Source: Bugula neritina | Taxonomy: Eukaryota > Animalia > Bryozoa | NCBI GenBank assembly: GCA_964035545.1 | Contig: OZ037772.1 | Coordinates: 13,018,818-13,082,817 of the forward strand | Direction of reading: 5' to 3' | Length of the DNA: 64,000 nucleotides | Part shown: piece by piece, positions 16,426-38,700 of the stretch | Position numbering within the stretch: position 1 is the first letter of the stretch | How the letters are laid out: every line of letters starts with the position of its first letter | The notes under the pieces: model-generated | Database searches by the model: none | The model's input: the letters and a program-made list of their open reading frames with translations, nothing else | What the model was told of the DNA's origin: nothing | Made by a program: the position numbers and the translations under genes

Positions 16426-17818
16426 CACAAGCAACTGCTTTCTTGCACAAGGGTTTTACATATACTGAAGGCCAACTACTTAACACCACAAAATACTGTT
16501 AATAAGTCAAACACACTATAGCATAACTTCACCAGTGAGACCAGTGATTGCCAAACATGAGTTCAGAAACTTGTGAAGAAGCTATTATGATAGTAATAAA
16601 CTGCAATGCATTGCTAGAGGTAATACTGTGCTAGCATACTAGCATATACTATTATAATATATATACTAACATATACTATCTGAATTACATATAATAATAT
16701 GATAATTATTATTCTTACAAGATGTGCTGGGATTGGGCAATGCTGACAGTCACAACCAATAAGCAATGTTTAAAATAAGTTTTGTATTTCTAATGAGTCA
16801 TTCATCTAGCTTTTATAAAAAATATCCTGAGTGTTTTGTCCTACACAGCTTAGCTCTTTTTTTTCTAGGCCTTCCCTGTGCTTGGAAAATATATGTTATA
16901 ATTTTTCTTTTAAAAGTATGACCTAGTCAAAACAACTTTAGATTTTGCACTGTGTGCTATTTATCAGCCCATTCTTCTCCTAATCAATAGCATTGTATTA
17001 AAATGTGTATATAACTTATGACTTTATCAGAGCTACTGGTACATTTGAACAGTCACCTTCTAGTTATGGGAATACTCAAATAAAAGGACAGCAGTTTGAA
17101 AGAGGTGAGATAAATATAAGTAGCATAATATTTTAGTTTCAATTTGGTTACTTGTTATTCTTAGTTAGGTGAAGCAAATATATCAGCTTTAAGTGAAATG
17201 CTACAATAAATGCTGATTTAACATTTTTCAGAGCTACCAATCACTCAGACCAGAGGCTTTGCTTAAAATTTAAGTCACCCTCGGAAACTTTAGAAATATT
17301 TGAGTAAATTCTGTTTCTGCGCATTTCTTTGTTTCATGCATTTGGGTATTAATAAATGGTCATGTGATAAACCAAGCTAGTTCCACCAACTGTTAGTTTA
17401 TACAAAAAGGCACGTGTAACTGTAGTGCGCTGTATAACCTGTAGCAGGGTCGGACTTCTGGCATTAATTAGCTCAATTTTATACTCTTCAAAAGTAAAGG
17501 TTCAATACAAAGAACAACAAAGAGACATAGTAAAGAATAGCACCATAGAGACAATTTTCTCAATATATTATTTCATTCTAACATTCTAACACACTTTTCT
17601 TAACCCAAGTAACATTTTTTATATAGAATAGTGATAGGTTCCATTTCTATGTTCTTTGTTTTTTGTTACTGATAGCAAGTAGCAAGTAAAGACAGAGGGT
17701 TGAGGTTAGAGGGTAGAGGGTAGCGGGCAGAGGGTAGCCATGGTACTGTCAAACTATTGAAATCTTTCTGCTATATGTTTTAATGGTGGCTGACTACTGG
17801 ATGCAGAGAATGGTGTCA

Positions 17819-18250
17819 TCCCAGATAGGCGTTTCCCATTTAGATGCTATTTATTTATTTTGGTACAATATATATTTTATGTGCAATTTATTTGAACATT
17901 ATTGAATTATATGTATATTTAAATAAAGCACATGTTAAGCATATATTAATAAATTTCTTTGATCTGCATTAACAGATTAACTTTGCATATTTTACACCTC
18001 TTGTTTGAACAGATATTTTGTTAATGAGTATTCATCAATTAAAGATAATGTCTATTATTAATATATTACTGTTTTTTGTCCCACAACAATCTGTGGAAAT
18101 TAGAATATTATTCCAGATAATTCATGTTAGCCATTAAAGCTATTAGCATATTAGCTATTTAGCAATCAATGCAACAGTTATATAGGTATATTACTATAAT
18201 AAAATAACCAAATAAAACTTAGCGTCCAAGTGGGAAACATCTATCTGGGA
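17819..18250. mobile_element. MITE-like element, about 430 bp, imperfect about 45-bp terminal inverted repeats
   Basis: TCCCAGATAGGCGTTTCCCATTTAGATGCTA... versus ...TAGCGTCCAAGTGGGAAACATCTATCTGGGA; AT-rich non-coding interior. Confidence 0.6.
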
Positions 18251-18854
18251 AGCAGCTATCTAGGAAGAAACCCTATATAATCACCAAACGCTGTGGAAGT
18301 CAAAACAAAGCAGAGCATTAGGTTACAGCTGGATAATTTTACTGTTGGAAAAGTTGATGATTGACTGTAGACTACAGTAATTGACTTTAACAGCAGCAGC
18401 AGCTGTTGTTGAGCAAAGTCCCTTTTCAGTTTTGCTTTACATGAGCATCTATATCCGTGAACGTTGATGTCAGTACTTGGAAAGTTCTATCTTTATCTCG
18501 GCATTGTTAATTGTATTGCTATAAGGTCACATACTTGTGCAAGATAGTTTTACTGGTGACAACTTGTAGTGCTGAGTTTACTCGCAGTGGTGTAATGGTT
18601 TGAATGGGGGGGGGGGGGCAAAAGTTCTATATAACTATAAGCAGGCTCTCCAAAAATAACTATTTTTTAAAATTAGTGAAAACTTTGGGGCATGTTGCTT
18701 CCTTCACTGGACTCATTCAAACTTCTTGCTGAGTGGCACCACTTCCCCCTCCCCTATTCTAACACAACAAGTATTCCTTAATTGGAGCTGCTAAAGAGAG
18801 TATACTAAGCACAGCCTATAAGCAAATGCAATTTCATTAATAATCATTTTAACC

Positions 18855-19026
18855 CATATAAGCACTCGCAAACACAGATGAGCACATATAAGCACAAGTA
18901 AACACAGATAAGCACATATAAGCACAAGTAAACACAGATAAGCACATATAAGCACAAGTAAACACAGATAAGCACATATAAGCACATATAAACACAGATA
19001 AGCACATATAAGCACATATAAGCACC
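18855..19026. repeat. 30-nt (3x10) tandem repeat AACACAGATAAGCACATATAAGCACAAGTA
   Basis: Direct reading. Confidence 0.9.
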
Positions 19027-19739
19027 TACTGTCACCAGCTGCTGAACATAACTTAAGTAGTTGAGTAGTTGAGCTCCTGTGGTGTCTAAACCAAGACGGG
19101 TGGTAGCATACGTAGCCCTTGTAATATGAATGGTGACAGATCAGAGTAATACAAAACTAAAGTTGATAAACATGACAAAAAGGTAAGCTAGTCTACGTAA
19201 CTGCTTATCCATTTCATTGGGCAATTGCATTACTTGACGCAGTTTGCTGTCAATAAGTGCTTTGAGTTAAATGACATGCAGACTGGAAGCTGTAAATAAG
19301 AATCAGAATCACCCTTTCTAAAATGTGCATTTCATAATAATTTGCATTAATGTGTTGTCTGATTTAGTTCTACTGCCTAATTAAACCAACAAATGTGTTG
19401 CTTTTGAAGCTGTTGGATTTCAGTTAACCAACTCGGGGAGTACTTTTTACCTAATATTATAGCTTATTCACCCTAAACAATACAGCTACACTCAGTTTGG
19501 AAATTTATTGTAATGAATGCTACATTTTTTCTTGTAAGAGGACCATTGAAGGAGAAGTTATTGTGTCGTTGTTATGTAGTTGTTTGGTTGAATAAATGGA
19601 AATCAATAACTACAGTTAACTTCATAAAAGGTGACTCTTAAGCATTACGGTAACCGAAGCCTAATAACATAATGCACAGCAAATAAACCATTCATTACTA
19701 TTGTTTTATACTTCAAATAGTGGAACTCTCCATCAGTTT

Positions 19740-19982
19740 GCTTGTTATTGTTGTTGTATTAAAAAATCAAGTTTATAGTCACTATTCCTGTGAGAAACCC
19801 CTAATGGAAAAGGTTTTTGTTTAAAAAACAGGCAAAAGACTTACTCAGATGTAGCGCATCCTGCAGGAGCAATTATGACTACATAGTCTTCCTAATATCC
19901 CCAATGGCTTTTACAGGGAATAAAACCCGATGATTATGGGCTTACTTTAAGCCAGCGCTCTAACCCCTAGACCATGGCTGCT
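19740..19982 (-). mobile_element. Degenerate tRNA-derived SINE
   Basis: Minus strand begins AGCAGCCATGGTCTAGGGGTTAGAGCGCTGGC (A-box-like), then GGGTTTTATTCCC (degenerate B box), and ends in an (AAC)n-like tail. Confidence 0.45.
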
Positions 19983-20847
19983 TTCCTTCCTGTTATCATA
20001 TTATAACCATATTTCAAATGTGGCAGACACCTGCCTCTCTATATTTCAACTATTAGTTATTTAGATATAATGTGTATATAATTCATCAACTCTGCTCACT
20101 AGTCTACTGTCTGCACCATGCAATGGAAGCAGATATATAAAACACTTTTTGCCTTAGCAATGATTGAATTGCAGCTACTTTGAAAGTTCTTTAAATATTG
20201 CATTCACTGGAGACAGAAGAATTGTCTTGCAGAGTTAATTATCATTTGTTTATTTCACCAAAGTTTCGTATAAACCTTACATTGTGCAAACTAAAATATA
20301 TAACTGGCTTTTTATTCAAAAATATATATAATTTTAGGCAGTAAAAAACTTTAAAATGTTTAAATTCAGTTTAATACAACAGCGTCTGCCAAGACACTAT
20401 AATTATGCTAAGAATGAAAAGCCACATGAAGGCTATTGAATAAATATGCATGATTTGTAACAGTAACTAACCAGTGAATTCTATCTAAGGGTGAATGTAA
20501 CACTGTATTATATAATACAGTTATATAACAAAAAAATGTATATTTCCATAGTTTTAAAGCAAAAATATAAGCTTGTACCAGCAAAAACTACTTGCAAGTG
20601 GCTATCATGGTTAGTAGTATAAATGCAATATTTACACATGCAATGTATAGCTGAATCCTTATGGCTTTCAAAATAAGAGCAACCACGTTTCTGCATTTTG
20701 TCCACAAATTCATAGAGCAAAATATTCTAAATACTTTTCGGCAGAAAATCTCTGTGTGCAGAGGATTTGACTAGATAGCCACCCAAACTACTTCTTATCC
20801 CTTTTGTCTTCCAGCTGCAACTCCATAAGCTCTCCAGTCCAGGAAAA

Positions 20848-27967
<7,120 letters not shown>

Positions 27968-28010
27968 CCTCGGCAGAATTTACCAAGTGTGCTGCTGCTT
28001 CTGTTTACAG

Positions 28011-28105
28011 CATGCTGTTCGGTCTGCTCAGCTGCCATGGTGAACTGTCCACTGTGCAGAAAGGACGTGGTGGGAACCATCAAGATCAAATTCTGTGGCA
28101 GATGA
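28011..28105 (+). CDS. Duplicated alternative terminal RING exon of IAP-2
   Basis: 138-bp tandem duplicate of 27873-27967, intact acceptor, encodes TCCSVCSAAMVNCPLCRKDVVGTIKIKFCGR*. Confidence 0.6.
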
Positions 28106-28337
28106 CCTTGACACAAGTTACTAAGAATGAAAATAATCTTCTGAAGAAGAAATCTTTATCTCATCTCTTGAACATGCAAACAATTTCTAATTCTAGTGGA
28201 AATTTTATATAAATTAGAACAGCACTTCTGATTTGGCCAAAAATGATCATAAATTGACATTTAAAGCACATATAGAATAAAAATATACAAATATAGAATA
28301 AAAAGTGCTTCAACTTTCTTAAGAATGATTTGGGAGA

Positions 28338-28466
<129 letters not shown>

Positions 28467-29097
28467 GTATATATATACTTATTTATTTATAATATCATAA
28501 CATATTTCCGAATTTCTATACAGAAACTTATAGGTCCTACAAATGTTATATAAAATATGTGTTAGACAATAAGTCGCTCAAACAAAAAATACAAATGAAA
28601 GTAACAATATGTGGGTTGATCTTTGACCCTTAAGCTGTAATATATGTCTAAAGTGACAAAGATGCATAAAATAAGTCATTTATTAGGATGGATTACATCC
28701 TGGCACAAAACAATAACACAAATAATAAAAAGTACACTGTCTATAAGTACCAGTCTAAGTGAGTGTCTATGTATATGCATTTATCTTTCGCTAAACAAGT
28801 TTATGCATCTCAAAATATATATTAAACGAAGAGTCAATTAAAATACTTATATTGGATTCAATATGCCAATTATAGTGTATGGTTGCATTCCCTACTTATA
28901 TAGCTATCTTACAAAGCATTTACATGCAATGATATCACAATTTCAGAGTTGTATGCCCATGTCCAGTCTCCAAAATCAGAGCAGTAGAGAAATAAGGCCA
29001 AGTATTAGTGAACATAGTAATAGCTGAAACATATTACTCTCTAGACTTGCTTGTTGAGGTGGGTTGACACAGAAAATAAAGTTGTTGTCATGTTGTC

Positions 29098-29725
29098 ATG
29101 ACTACGTAAAGTTGCATGTTGATAGTTTTTGAATCATTGATATTATATACAATTAAATAATATAATACAAGTATTATATAATATACAATTAAATAATATA
29201 ATACAAGTATTATATAATATACAAGTAAATAATATAATACAAGTATTATATAATATACAAGTAAATAATATAATACAAGTATTATATAATATACAAGTAA
29301 ATAATATAATACAAGTATTATCTAATATACAAGTAAATAATATAATACAAGTATTATATAATATACAAGTAAATAATATAATACAAGTATTATATAATAT
29401 ACAAGTAAATAATATAATACAAGTATTATATAATATACAAGTAAATAATATAATACAAGTATTATATAATATGCAAGTAAATAATATAATACAAGTATTA
29501 TATTATATACAAGTAATGCACATGATGGCTATAGGCAAGTAGGCAACTTAGTACTAGAATATGACCCAGTCATAAGTTACCAGCAAGTAGGAACTATAAC
29601 TTAGTCACATGCTATAGGAACTTTGGTTGACTGCATGTGACCAATGAAAGGTGGTAACATGATGAGGCAATGATGATTCCCCCAGTCTTAATAACCAATC
29701 AACATGCAACTTGATGTATAGTCAT
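29098..29725. mobile_element. Possible foldback/MITE remnant: about 30-bp imperfect inverted repeats enclosing a 36-nt minisatellite (29145-29516)
   Basis: ATGACTACGTAAAGTTGCATGTTGATAGTT versus AACCAATCAACATGCAACTTGATGTATAGTCAT. Confidence 0.4.
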
Positions 29726-30324
29726 ATGCTTGGAAAAAAGTTCCAATCCAAGAAGTAAGTCCAGTGCAGATACTTCCTATTCCAAACGATTGCCATTACT
29801 TGTAGTGGAAAGAAAATTGGAAAAATTATCAATTTTTACTTATGAAAATCCCTTTCTATTGATTATAAAATGAGTAGACTACCAGCTGATCTGAGGGCGT
29901 AGCAGTGAAAACCTAATATCAGCAGATTCCCCCATAGTTGTGGAAAAGGCAATAAATGATTCACATACCACCTACATACCGCTGTACTTTACACTGATTC
30001 ATATACCAAGAAAGCTGGAGCTCTCCATATAATTATAGGAAAGAATAGTTAATTATCTACTTTATTACGTCATAGTAGATTGCAAATACTCTTATTATAC
30101 AATTCAGCTAATTATGTATGGTGCCTTAGGGACACTTATCTTCATCACTAAACAATTATTAGCATTGTATACTTGCATCATATTAAATATGAGAGCCTTG
30201 GCTTATATTGCCGTGTGAATTCCCAACTTCTTCTGGTTTTTATTTTATAAATACACCAAAACTTTGCGGTGAACAATTAATTTGATGTACAATGAATCAG
30301 TATTCTAATTCTAATTTTAATTTC

Positions 30325-31182
<858 letters not shown>

Positions 31183-31325
31183 AATACAGTACATGCAGTA
31201 CACAATGAGGAAGCTCTTTAGCTTTTAAGAGATGAACAAGCTGTCATTGGCTTGAACTGTCAACTAGTCTATTAATAAGCTAAGCTGTTCACTTTTAAAC
31301 TGTGAGAGAATTATTATGGAACAAG

Positions 31326-31489
31326 CACTGCGTTTCCATGACTGCGCATAATGCGAATGAATGCTTCGTACGGATTATTTGTGGTTTGTGGTTTGCATTA
31401 CCTTATAGTTGCGGTTTCATCCGATGTAACTGTTTCCATTAGCCGAATGAAAAAATCCATTCGCATAATGCGATAATGGAAACGCAGTG
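31326..31489. mobile_element. Short MITE (164 bp) with terminal inverted repeats
   Basis: CACTGCGTTTCCAT..CGCATAATGCGAATG versus CATTCGCATAATGCG..ATGGAAACGCAGTG. Confidence 0.65.
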
Positions 31490-32122
31490 AAGCTGTTAGT
31501 TTTCGACAGGCATTATTGCAAGTGCTTGAAGAAATGCAAATCACTAATAATATTTCGCTGATTACAACTAGCCTCAGCTTACTAAACGTGCATATATATT
31601 ATTATATAACTATAGGACAATTTTTCAGCAACAATCATTTGTCATTTATTTCCTTATATAGCATTTTTATCAAATTGCCAAATGTTATTTGATTAGATTA
31701 TAGTTGAATTAGGTCACATAAGATGAACTGTATTGAAGAGTTAAATGAACGTTCATCATAATATGTCACAGTGGCTGATATCATCTCTCAGTAACATACA
31801 ATATACTATATATATATCCTCAAATACAGTTGACAATGAATAGATCAACTGTATATATACTGAGTGACTTCACATTGACACTTTTCTCAGCACAGGCAAT
31901 GTATAGCCTTACGTTTTTAGGGTACAACAGTCATGATCCAAAGTCCACCTCGCAGACGGGACTAAAGCAACACAGACAGTAATCTGAATAATTCATGCTG
32001 CAGTTTGTTATCCATAAACTATTACAATATGCAAAAACTTGACTTCTATTTTCCATCTTCTTTTGTGGCCACAAAGAAATTGATCGTTTCATAATCTAGT
32101 CTCAACAGCTTGCTAGAGAAGC

Positions 32123-32268
32123 TTCCCACAGGGATAGTGAGCATGTAGAGTGTGCTAGAGTTGGTTCCCACAGGGATAGTGAGCATGTAGAGTGTGCTAG
32201 AGTTGGTTCCCACAGGGATAGTGAGCATGTAGAGTGTGCTATAGGAAGCCTTCCCACAGGGATAGTGA
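32123..32268. repeat. 42-nt tandem repeat, about 3.5 units
   Basis: TTCCCACAGGGATAGTGAGCATGTAGAGTGTGCTAGAGTTGG. Confidence 0.9.
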
Positions 32269-32738
32269 CTCTATCAATAGAAATGTTGACCTAGTCAAAA
32301 CATTTCTAAGCTATGTTATATATTTGATATGAATGCTTCTTTCTCCTATACCATTTAGCTGCACATATTTGTAGAAAACATGAATCAACTAATTGCACTG
32401 TGTTCTTTATGTTTCACCATTTAGTTTACATCAAGCAATCTGTTTTTATATTTATAACTATTGGTTCAACTGTGAAGAGAAACTTTATACTACTTGATTG
32501 AGCCAAGACTTGCGCTATTAAACTAACTCTGTGGGAAAACCCATGCTGAGTAATAAGTCCACATGTTTTGACACAGTCAAGAAAATATTAACCTAGTCAA
32601 CATTTCTCAGGGTATATATTTAATTATGAACATTGGACTGCTTCTTTATCTCGAATCATTTAGCTGAGCAGTCTCTCACTAGAAACACCGTATTATAACA
32701 CTAGCTGTAACTAAACTCATACATACAAGGTTATTACA

Positions 32739-35700
32739 ATGGCAGAATCTAATATGTTCAGAATGGAGGTCAATCAAGTATGTTCTCTTCTTCAGTGATA
32801 TTCTACCTGTATATGATAAGTATTTGCATGTTGTGATTGACTTGTACAATTGTGTCATTCTTATATCTTCTTATAATTATATACTTATATGCTATATATG
32901 TTATTTGCTGTATTATAACATTACAGTTCCGTATAAACTAGTATTTACTTTGAAGAGTCTTGAAATCTGCCCAATAGAATGCTGACAACTGACTAATAAT
33001 TATAAGTCTATAGAAAGCCAACACTGCTGTAGCTGGGCTAGTTGGTTATATCAGCTATTAGCAATGTGCTCTGCCACGCTATTCTCTTCACTACCAACAC
33101 TATAATATTATGGATCATAATCTAGTCGCCATTACACTATAGCAACAGACCCGCCCAATGAGGGGCGTGTCTTAGTAATAGCCCAATGGCGTGGCTATGT
33201 TAAATGGTTCAAACCCATGTACATAGGCGTATCATATAAAGCATGTAACATATAACTTAATACACACCCTCGAAGTTTTAGCTTGTAGGTGAAATAAAGG
33301 AGACACAATAAGGAATATAAATGTCACAATCAATATATCAGGGTACAAGTGCAGGTCTCATGATAGTCTCTTTGTGGTAACTATTTGAACATAACAAAGT
33401 GCTGCACTTGATAATAGTTATACTGGTTATTTTCCACATGAATAATTTCTTCATCATGATGAATATAGTAAACCTATAAATCAATGTAATGTAAGATAAT
33501 CAGTGCATGTCTACAGGCTGCATATTTGCTGTTTGGTAATATGTAATATATTCAGCTGACAAAGACAATGTCAGCTGAAAGGTTTAGTAATCCAATTATG
33601 TGTGCTCTGGGTAATTAGATTATGTGTATTTCCATGTCACTGCTACTATATACTGTATATCTCTATGGGAAGATATGTAGAAAGATGAGACAATTCTTAT
33701 TTAAAAGATCTATACATGCAGTAATATCCATGCTGCCATGATATAGTGTGACGTTATAAACAGGCACCTGTATGGCGTGTCATGAAGCTTAACGAATCAC
33801 TTTGTTTACCTTTGTTGACATATGAAAGGCTGCTGGAGTAAACAGGATCAGCAGATATCAGACCATGATGTCAAGAGTTAGCTGAGCTAATATGTAGTTA
33901 GTTTGGATACAGAGTTCAATTGTTTTGCTAAATATTTATTTTGGAAAGGATTGCGCCAAGAGAACACAGTTTCTCTACAAGGAGCTGCAGCATTGAAAAC
34001 TGACACAAGTTCCGTATTATAAATGTTATAAATAAAACAAAGCTTTTACTGGGTAGTTTGACCCCCCAACCTGATATGCTGTATTGTTGTGCTTAGAACA
34101 CCTGTTAACATAGAAATGTGACAAACTGGCGGTTTAACGAAACTTCAAATCAGAGAGCAATGAAAGCTTGATTATGAAACAAATAAACTAAAAGATTAAT
34201 TGGAATAGCTATAATATGATCTCAACTAATATAATGATTTCAAAATACCTGTTTCCTCCTAGAGGTAGAGAGAAGATTACTCCTAATCAGCTCAGAGCTA
34301 GTGTTAATTAGGAGTAATCTGCCCTTCTCCTAGAGTTGGAGAGAGTGGGCTACTCCTATTTAACAGTGGGCCAACTGCAATATCGTTATATTTATTCATA
34401 TTTATGTTAACATTTATATTTATTTTCATTTCAATTCTGCAGAATTGTCTCTTGAGTGTCTATTTGCAAGAGAAAATTCTGTAGTATTGTAAAAGTAGAG
34501 AGCTGATAAACTCTCACCAATACTGTTACCTAAAGCAGTTTATTAATTTCTGTTATAATACTATATCATAACTTCTAATAACTGTAAGATGATAATTAAG
34601 ACTGGGTAGATTAACCCCTCCCTGTAATTTAGGAATGCATCTAGTATATATTTTACAGTGTCACATAACCAGAATAGTTGTGTTTAAATTGTATACATGA
34701 AATAAGTTTATATTTTCTGTTGTTTTATTCTTATGCAATAGCTATGAACATTTTAAAATACATTTTTAGAAAATTCATTATGTTAAGTTTAAAACTTAAG
34801 ACAATAATAAATGTGCATATTATAGTGTTATATAGATGCTGTATGGGGCAATGCTCTAGTTATAGTTGGGTGAAATAGTTACAGGAGAAGCTAACTCTGA
34901 TATTTTCTCAAACATTTGTAATACACTGTGGTAAACTCTAGAAACAAACAAACCTTTAATAAAACAACAACAATGCATTTACTAGCAGAAGGTGCAATCA
35001 TTACTCTGAGCTTGTTTTATAGGAAGTTGATCAGAAGACTAGGTGTGAGAAGAATCCCCGACGTGATTCTGCATATGGTGCTTCTCTCACCTCTGCAGAA
35101 GGTAAGAAAGGGTCAGCAGGCAGCACTAGAGGTCAAGGTCAGGCCAGCACATCATATGCCGGAGATCATCACGGTTTCCAATTACACACCAACCAGCTGG
35201 CTGCCCCTGTTACACCAGACAACTTTCCTAATGAACAGGAAAAGGTGAAAGGTTTGCCACAGAACTCTGAGGAGGTGGTGCCAGATGGAGCGGCAGTGGC
35301 AGCAGATATCCTCAGAGCTGCAAATGGTGTGCCTACCTTGTCTAGAAGCAGCGTTTCTGCTGCATATGAAGGGAAACGTTTTGAATCTCTCTCTTCTAGT
35401 GGTGAAAAGTTAGTTTCAGGTTTTCTTGGAGCCAGCTTTGAGGAGCCAGTGAGGGAGGAGCCAGTGAGGGAGGACAAGGTGTTGGAGATGGTGGACTTGG
35501 AGTCAGGAGTAGACCTGTACATACAGATCTTAATCTTAGTAAATTTATCCTGCATGCTGGAGAGAAGCTCCCCCATCTTTAGTGCAGTTTTCCTGGCTTA
35601 CTGTGGTTTTGTCATGTACAGAAAGTCAAGTAGTGTAAGTTGCCCAAACTGTAAGTTAGAAGTTGAGTTACCTTCACAATACATAAACATGCTGTCTGTA

Positions 35701-38700
35701 CACTTAGTATTCAGTCCCTCGTGTAGACTAGCTGCAGCACTCTATGACCAACAGACAACGATCTCCTCACTCTCAACCAGCAGGCGTACAGCTGAACACG
35801 GTGAGTCATCAGCTTCCAGAATCTTCTCTTGAAATAAAATAGAGCAAAGCTTTTGATAATAATGTTTTACTAATTTGATTGTGTTATAAAACTGTGCCAA
35901 AAGTATCATTACAATAAACAATAATAGTGACAAGTTGCTTTCACAATGCAAGGGGACACAACCTTCCCATATGTGATTCTATTATATTCCGGTAGCAGCC
36001 AATCACAGACTGTGATACTTATGTGCTTTCTGTTTGTCCAATCAGCAGCTGGAACAGATATCTCAGAATACGTGGTGCGGAGGCCAGATGAAACAGGAAA
36101 TGAGCCTGACAGCAGTCCTGGCAGCACTGATGAAGAAAGGAAGAAGACGCAGTTACTAAATCTTACAAAAAAACAGTGAGTCTACTTTTTAATAATTATA
36201 CAAGTGATAAGTGAAGTTGTCTCCACCTCGCCATGGCTGACCTACTGGACTCCATATTCTGGTATTGTAACTTTACTGCGTAGAATTATAATTAGTTTTA
36301 TAACAGTAAATAAATACTTTTAACCGTATAGTTGATTGAAAACTGTAACTGATCAACTTATTCTCTTTACTCTCATTTCCTGCTATAGAGAAACTCAAAA
36401 TATTGAGTGTCTTCAACTTCAGAGAAATGAAAACAAGATGGAGAACTCGTACTTGTGTGAGAGGTTTAGAAAACAGAGCTTCGTAGACAATGGCTTCCCT
36501 GACAGTCCCAGAATGCAACTGCTGACTTCACGAGGGCTATATTTGAGTTGTGAGTACCGGCTTGTTATATACTCCACCCCACATGTAGCTCAGTATCTCT
36601 CTATTCTATCTACAGATATACTCTACCCTACATATAGCTCAGTATCTCTCTATTCTATCTACAGATATACTCCGCTCTACATATAGCTCAGTATCTCTCT
36701 ATTCTATCTACAGATATACTCCACCCCACATGTAGCTCAGTATCTCTCTATTCTATCTACAGATATACTCCACCCCACATGTAGCTCAGTATCTCTCTAT
36801 TCTATCTACAGATATACTCCGCTCTACATATAGCTCAGTATCTCTCTATTCTATCTACAGATATGCTCCGCCCCACATGTAGCTCAGTATCTCTCTATTC
36901 TATCTACAGATATACTCCACCCTACATATAGCTCAGTATCTCTCTATTCTATCTACAGATATACTCCGCTCTACATATAGCTCAGTATCTCTCTATTCTA
37001 TCTACAGATATGCTCCGCCCCACATGTAGCTCAGTATCTCTCTATTCTATCTACAGATATGCTCCACCCTACATATAGCTCAGTATCTCTCTATTCTATC
37101 TACAGATATACTCGGCCCTACATATAGCTCAGTATCTCTCTATTCTATCTACAGATATACTCCACCCTACATATAGCTCAGTATCTCTCTATTCTATCTA
37201 CAGATATGCTCCACCCTACATATAGCTCAGTATCTCTCTATTCTATATCTACAGATATACTCCGCTCTACATATAGCTCAGTATCTCTCTATAGATTAAC
37301 ACGCTGCATATGCATTTCTTAACCTGATGATTCCCCTTACCAGCTCATCTGGAATAACGACTAATGGTTCACATTCAACTAGTTTCGTATCATTTGAGAA
37401 GCAGCCTGTCTGAGTCAGCTGAGTGGAGACTTATTACTCATTGCTGATTGCTGTCTTTATTAGCCAATAAAAAGAAGAAAGAAATTAAGTGCTTTCAATG
37501 TAATCTACGGAGAGACTTCAGACCAGAGATGCTGCTGGAGGTTGAGGCAGCCTCCTCTTTAGATAAAGATCATCTCAACAACAACTGTGGTCACATCAAT
37601 GGTGAGCTGTGGTTACACTGCTGCTTACAGTACTGCCTTGCTTGACTTAAAGTGTTTACTCGTAACTCAGAGAATTGAGTGAATTGAGTCTATCGTCTCC
37701 CCTCGCAGGCTCTCAACTGACGGGTAACATACCAGATGTCTGCAACCTGCTAGCTTATCAATATGGCCGACAAGCAGACGCCAGCGACTTGCTGACACAG
37801 ACAGACTCACTGAATGAGTTCGAGGGTCTCGGCATCAACGTGAACCTGTCGAAACATCCGGAGATGGCTGTGATATCACGGAGATTGGCCACCTTCCTGA
37901 CGTACCCGTACAAGTCAGCTAAACATCCTGAGCAGCTGGTGGAAGGAGGATACTTCTATTCTGGTATCTCATAAGTTTCTAGTCTAAAGTGTGTGCTCTG
38001 GTCACTAGAGAGTAGACTGGGCGTCTGTAATGTAAATAATACTCAGCTCTTACCATAGGGAGGGGGGACTACATTGTATGAAGCCATGCTTGTCTTTAGT
38101 TTACCATTGTGTAGCTTAGTTCTGTCTGATTCCTGTACTGTGGTAATAGACAACATGGATACAGTATCATGTTTGGCTGACAAAACTTTACAAATGTATT
38201 TCATAACTTTTTATCATTTTCATTAGATATATATGCATTGAAAGTTGATATAGCATATATGTTACCCTGACCTAACAGGGATATGCTACCCTGACCTAAC
38301 AGGGATAAACAGAATCATAACTTTGACGAGGAAGTGGTGGAATCAAATCCATAGAATAACTTCCTTGTAGTTTAAACTAATAGAGCTCACATGTCTGCTA
38401 CAACAATATTTTCTGGATGATTTCATAGCAAAAGAGTTTAATGGGAAAAAATCTCCTTGAACAGTTTCACACAATCATTTATACAACACCAAGATGAGCT
38501 GACTTTAATGTTATGAATAGCAAGTGAATAGTGTTAGCCTAGGGCCACACTGTGCGTATTTTCGCATGCGAAAATTGAAACCACAAGTAGCAAAGGTGTC
38601 CACTGTAGCTTCAGTGAGATTGAAAAACTACTAGCCAATAATATTTGAGTTAAAATTTACTGCTCGCCTTGTTGCTATGGCTACAAGTGCGAGATAGATG

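Noticed and set aside
17018-19182. Coding first exon for IAP-2 (donors at 17105 and 19183)
   Set aside because: ATG-initiated frames either stop or are out of phase with the acceptor at 20814; at most UTR exons.
19900-19982. Functional tRNA gene
   Set aside because: B box degenerate and no convincing cloverleaf; treated as a SINE head.
34278-34322. Short hairpin AGATTACTCCTAAT..ATTAGGAGTAATCT as a pre-miRNA
   Set aside because: 14-bp stem only, within a locally repeated motif; more likely a transposon remnant.
36567-37292. Regular 30-49-nt repeats as a CRISPR array (also 32123-32268, 54522-54635)
   Set aside because: Head-to-tail units without unique spacers, eukaryotic context, no cas genes.
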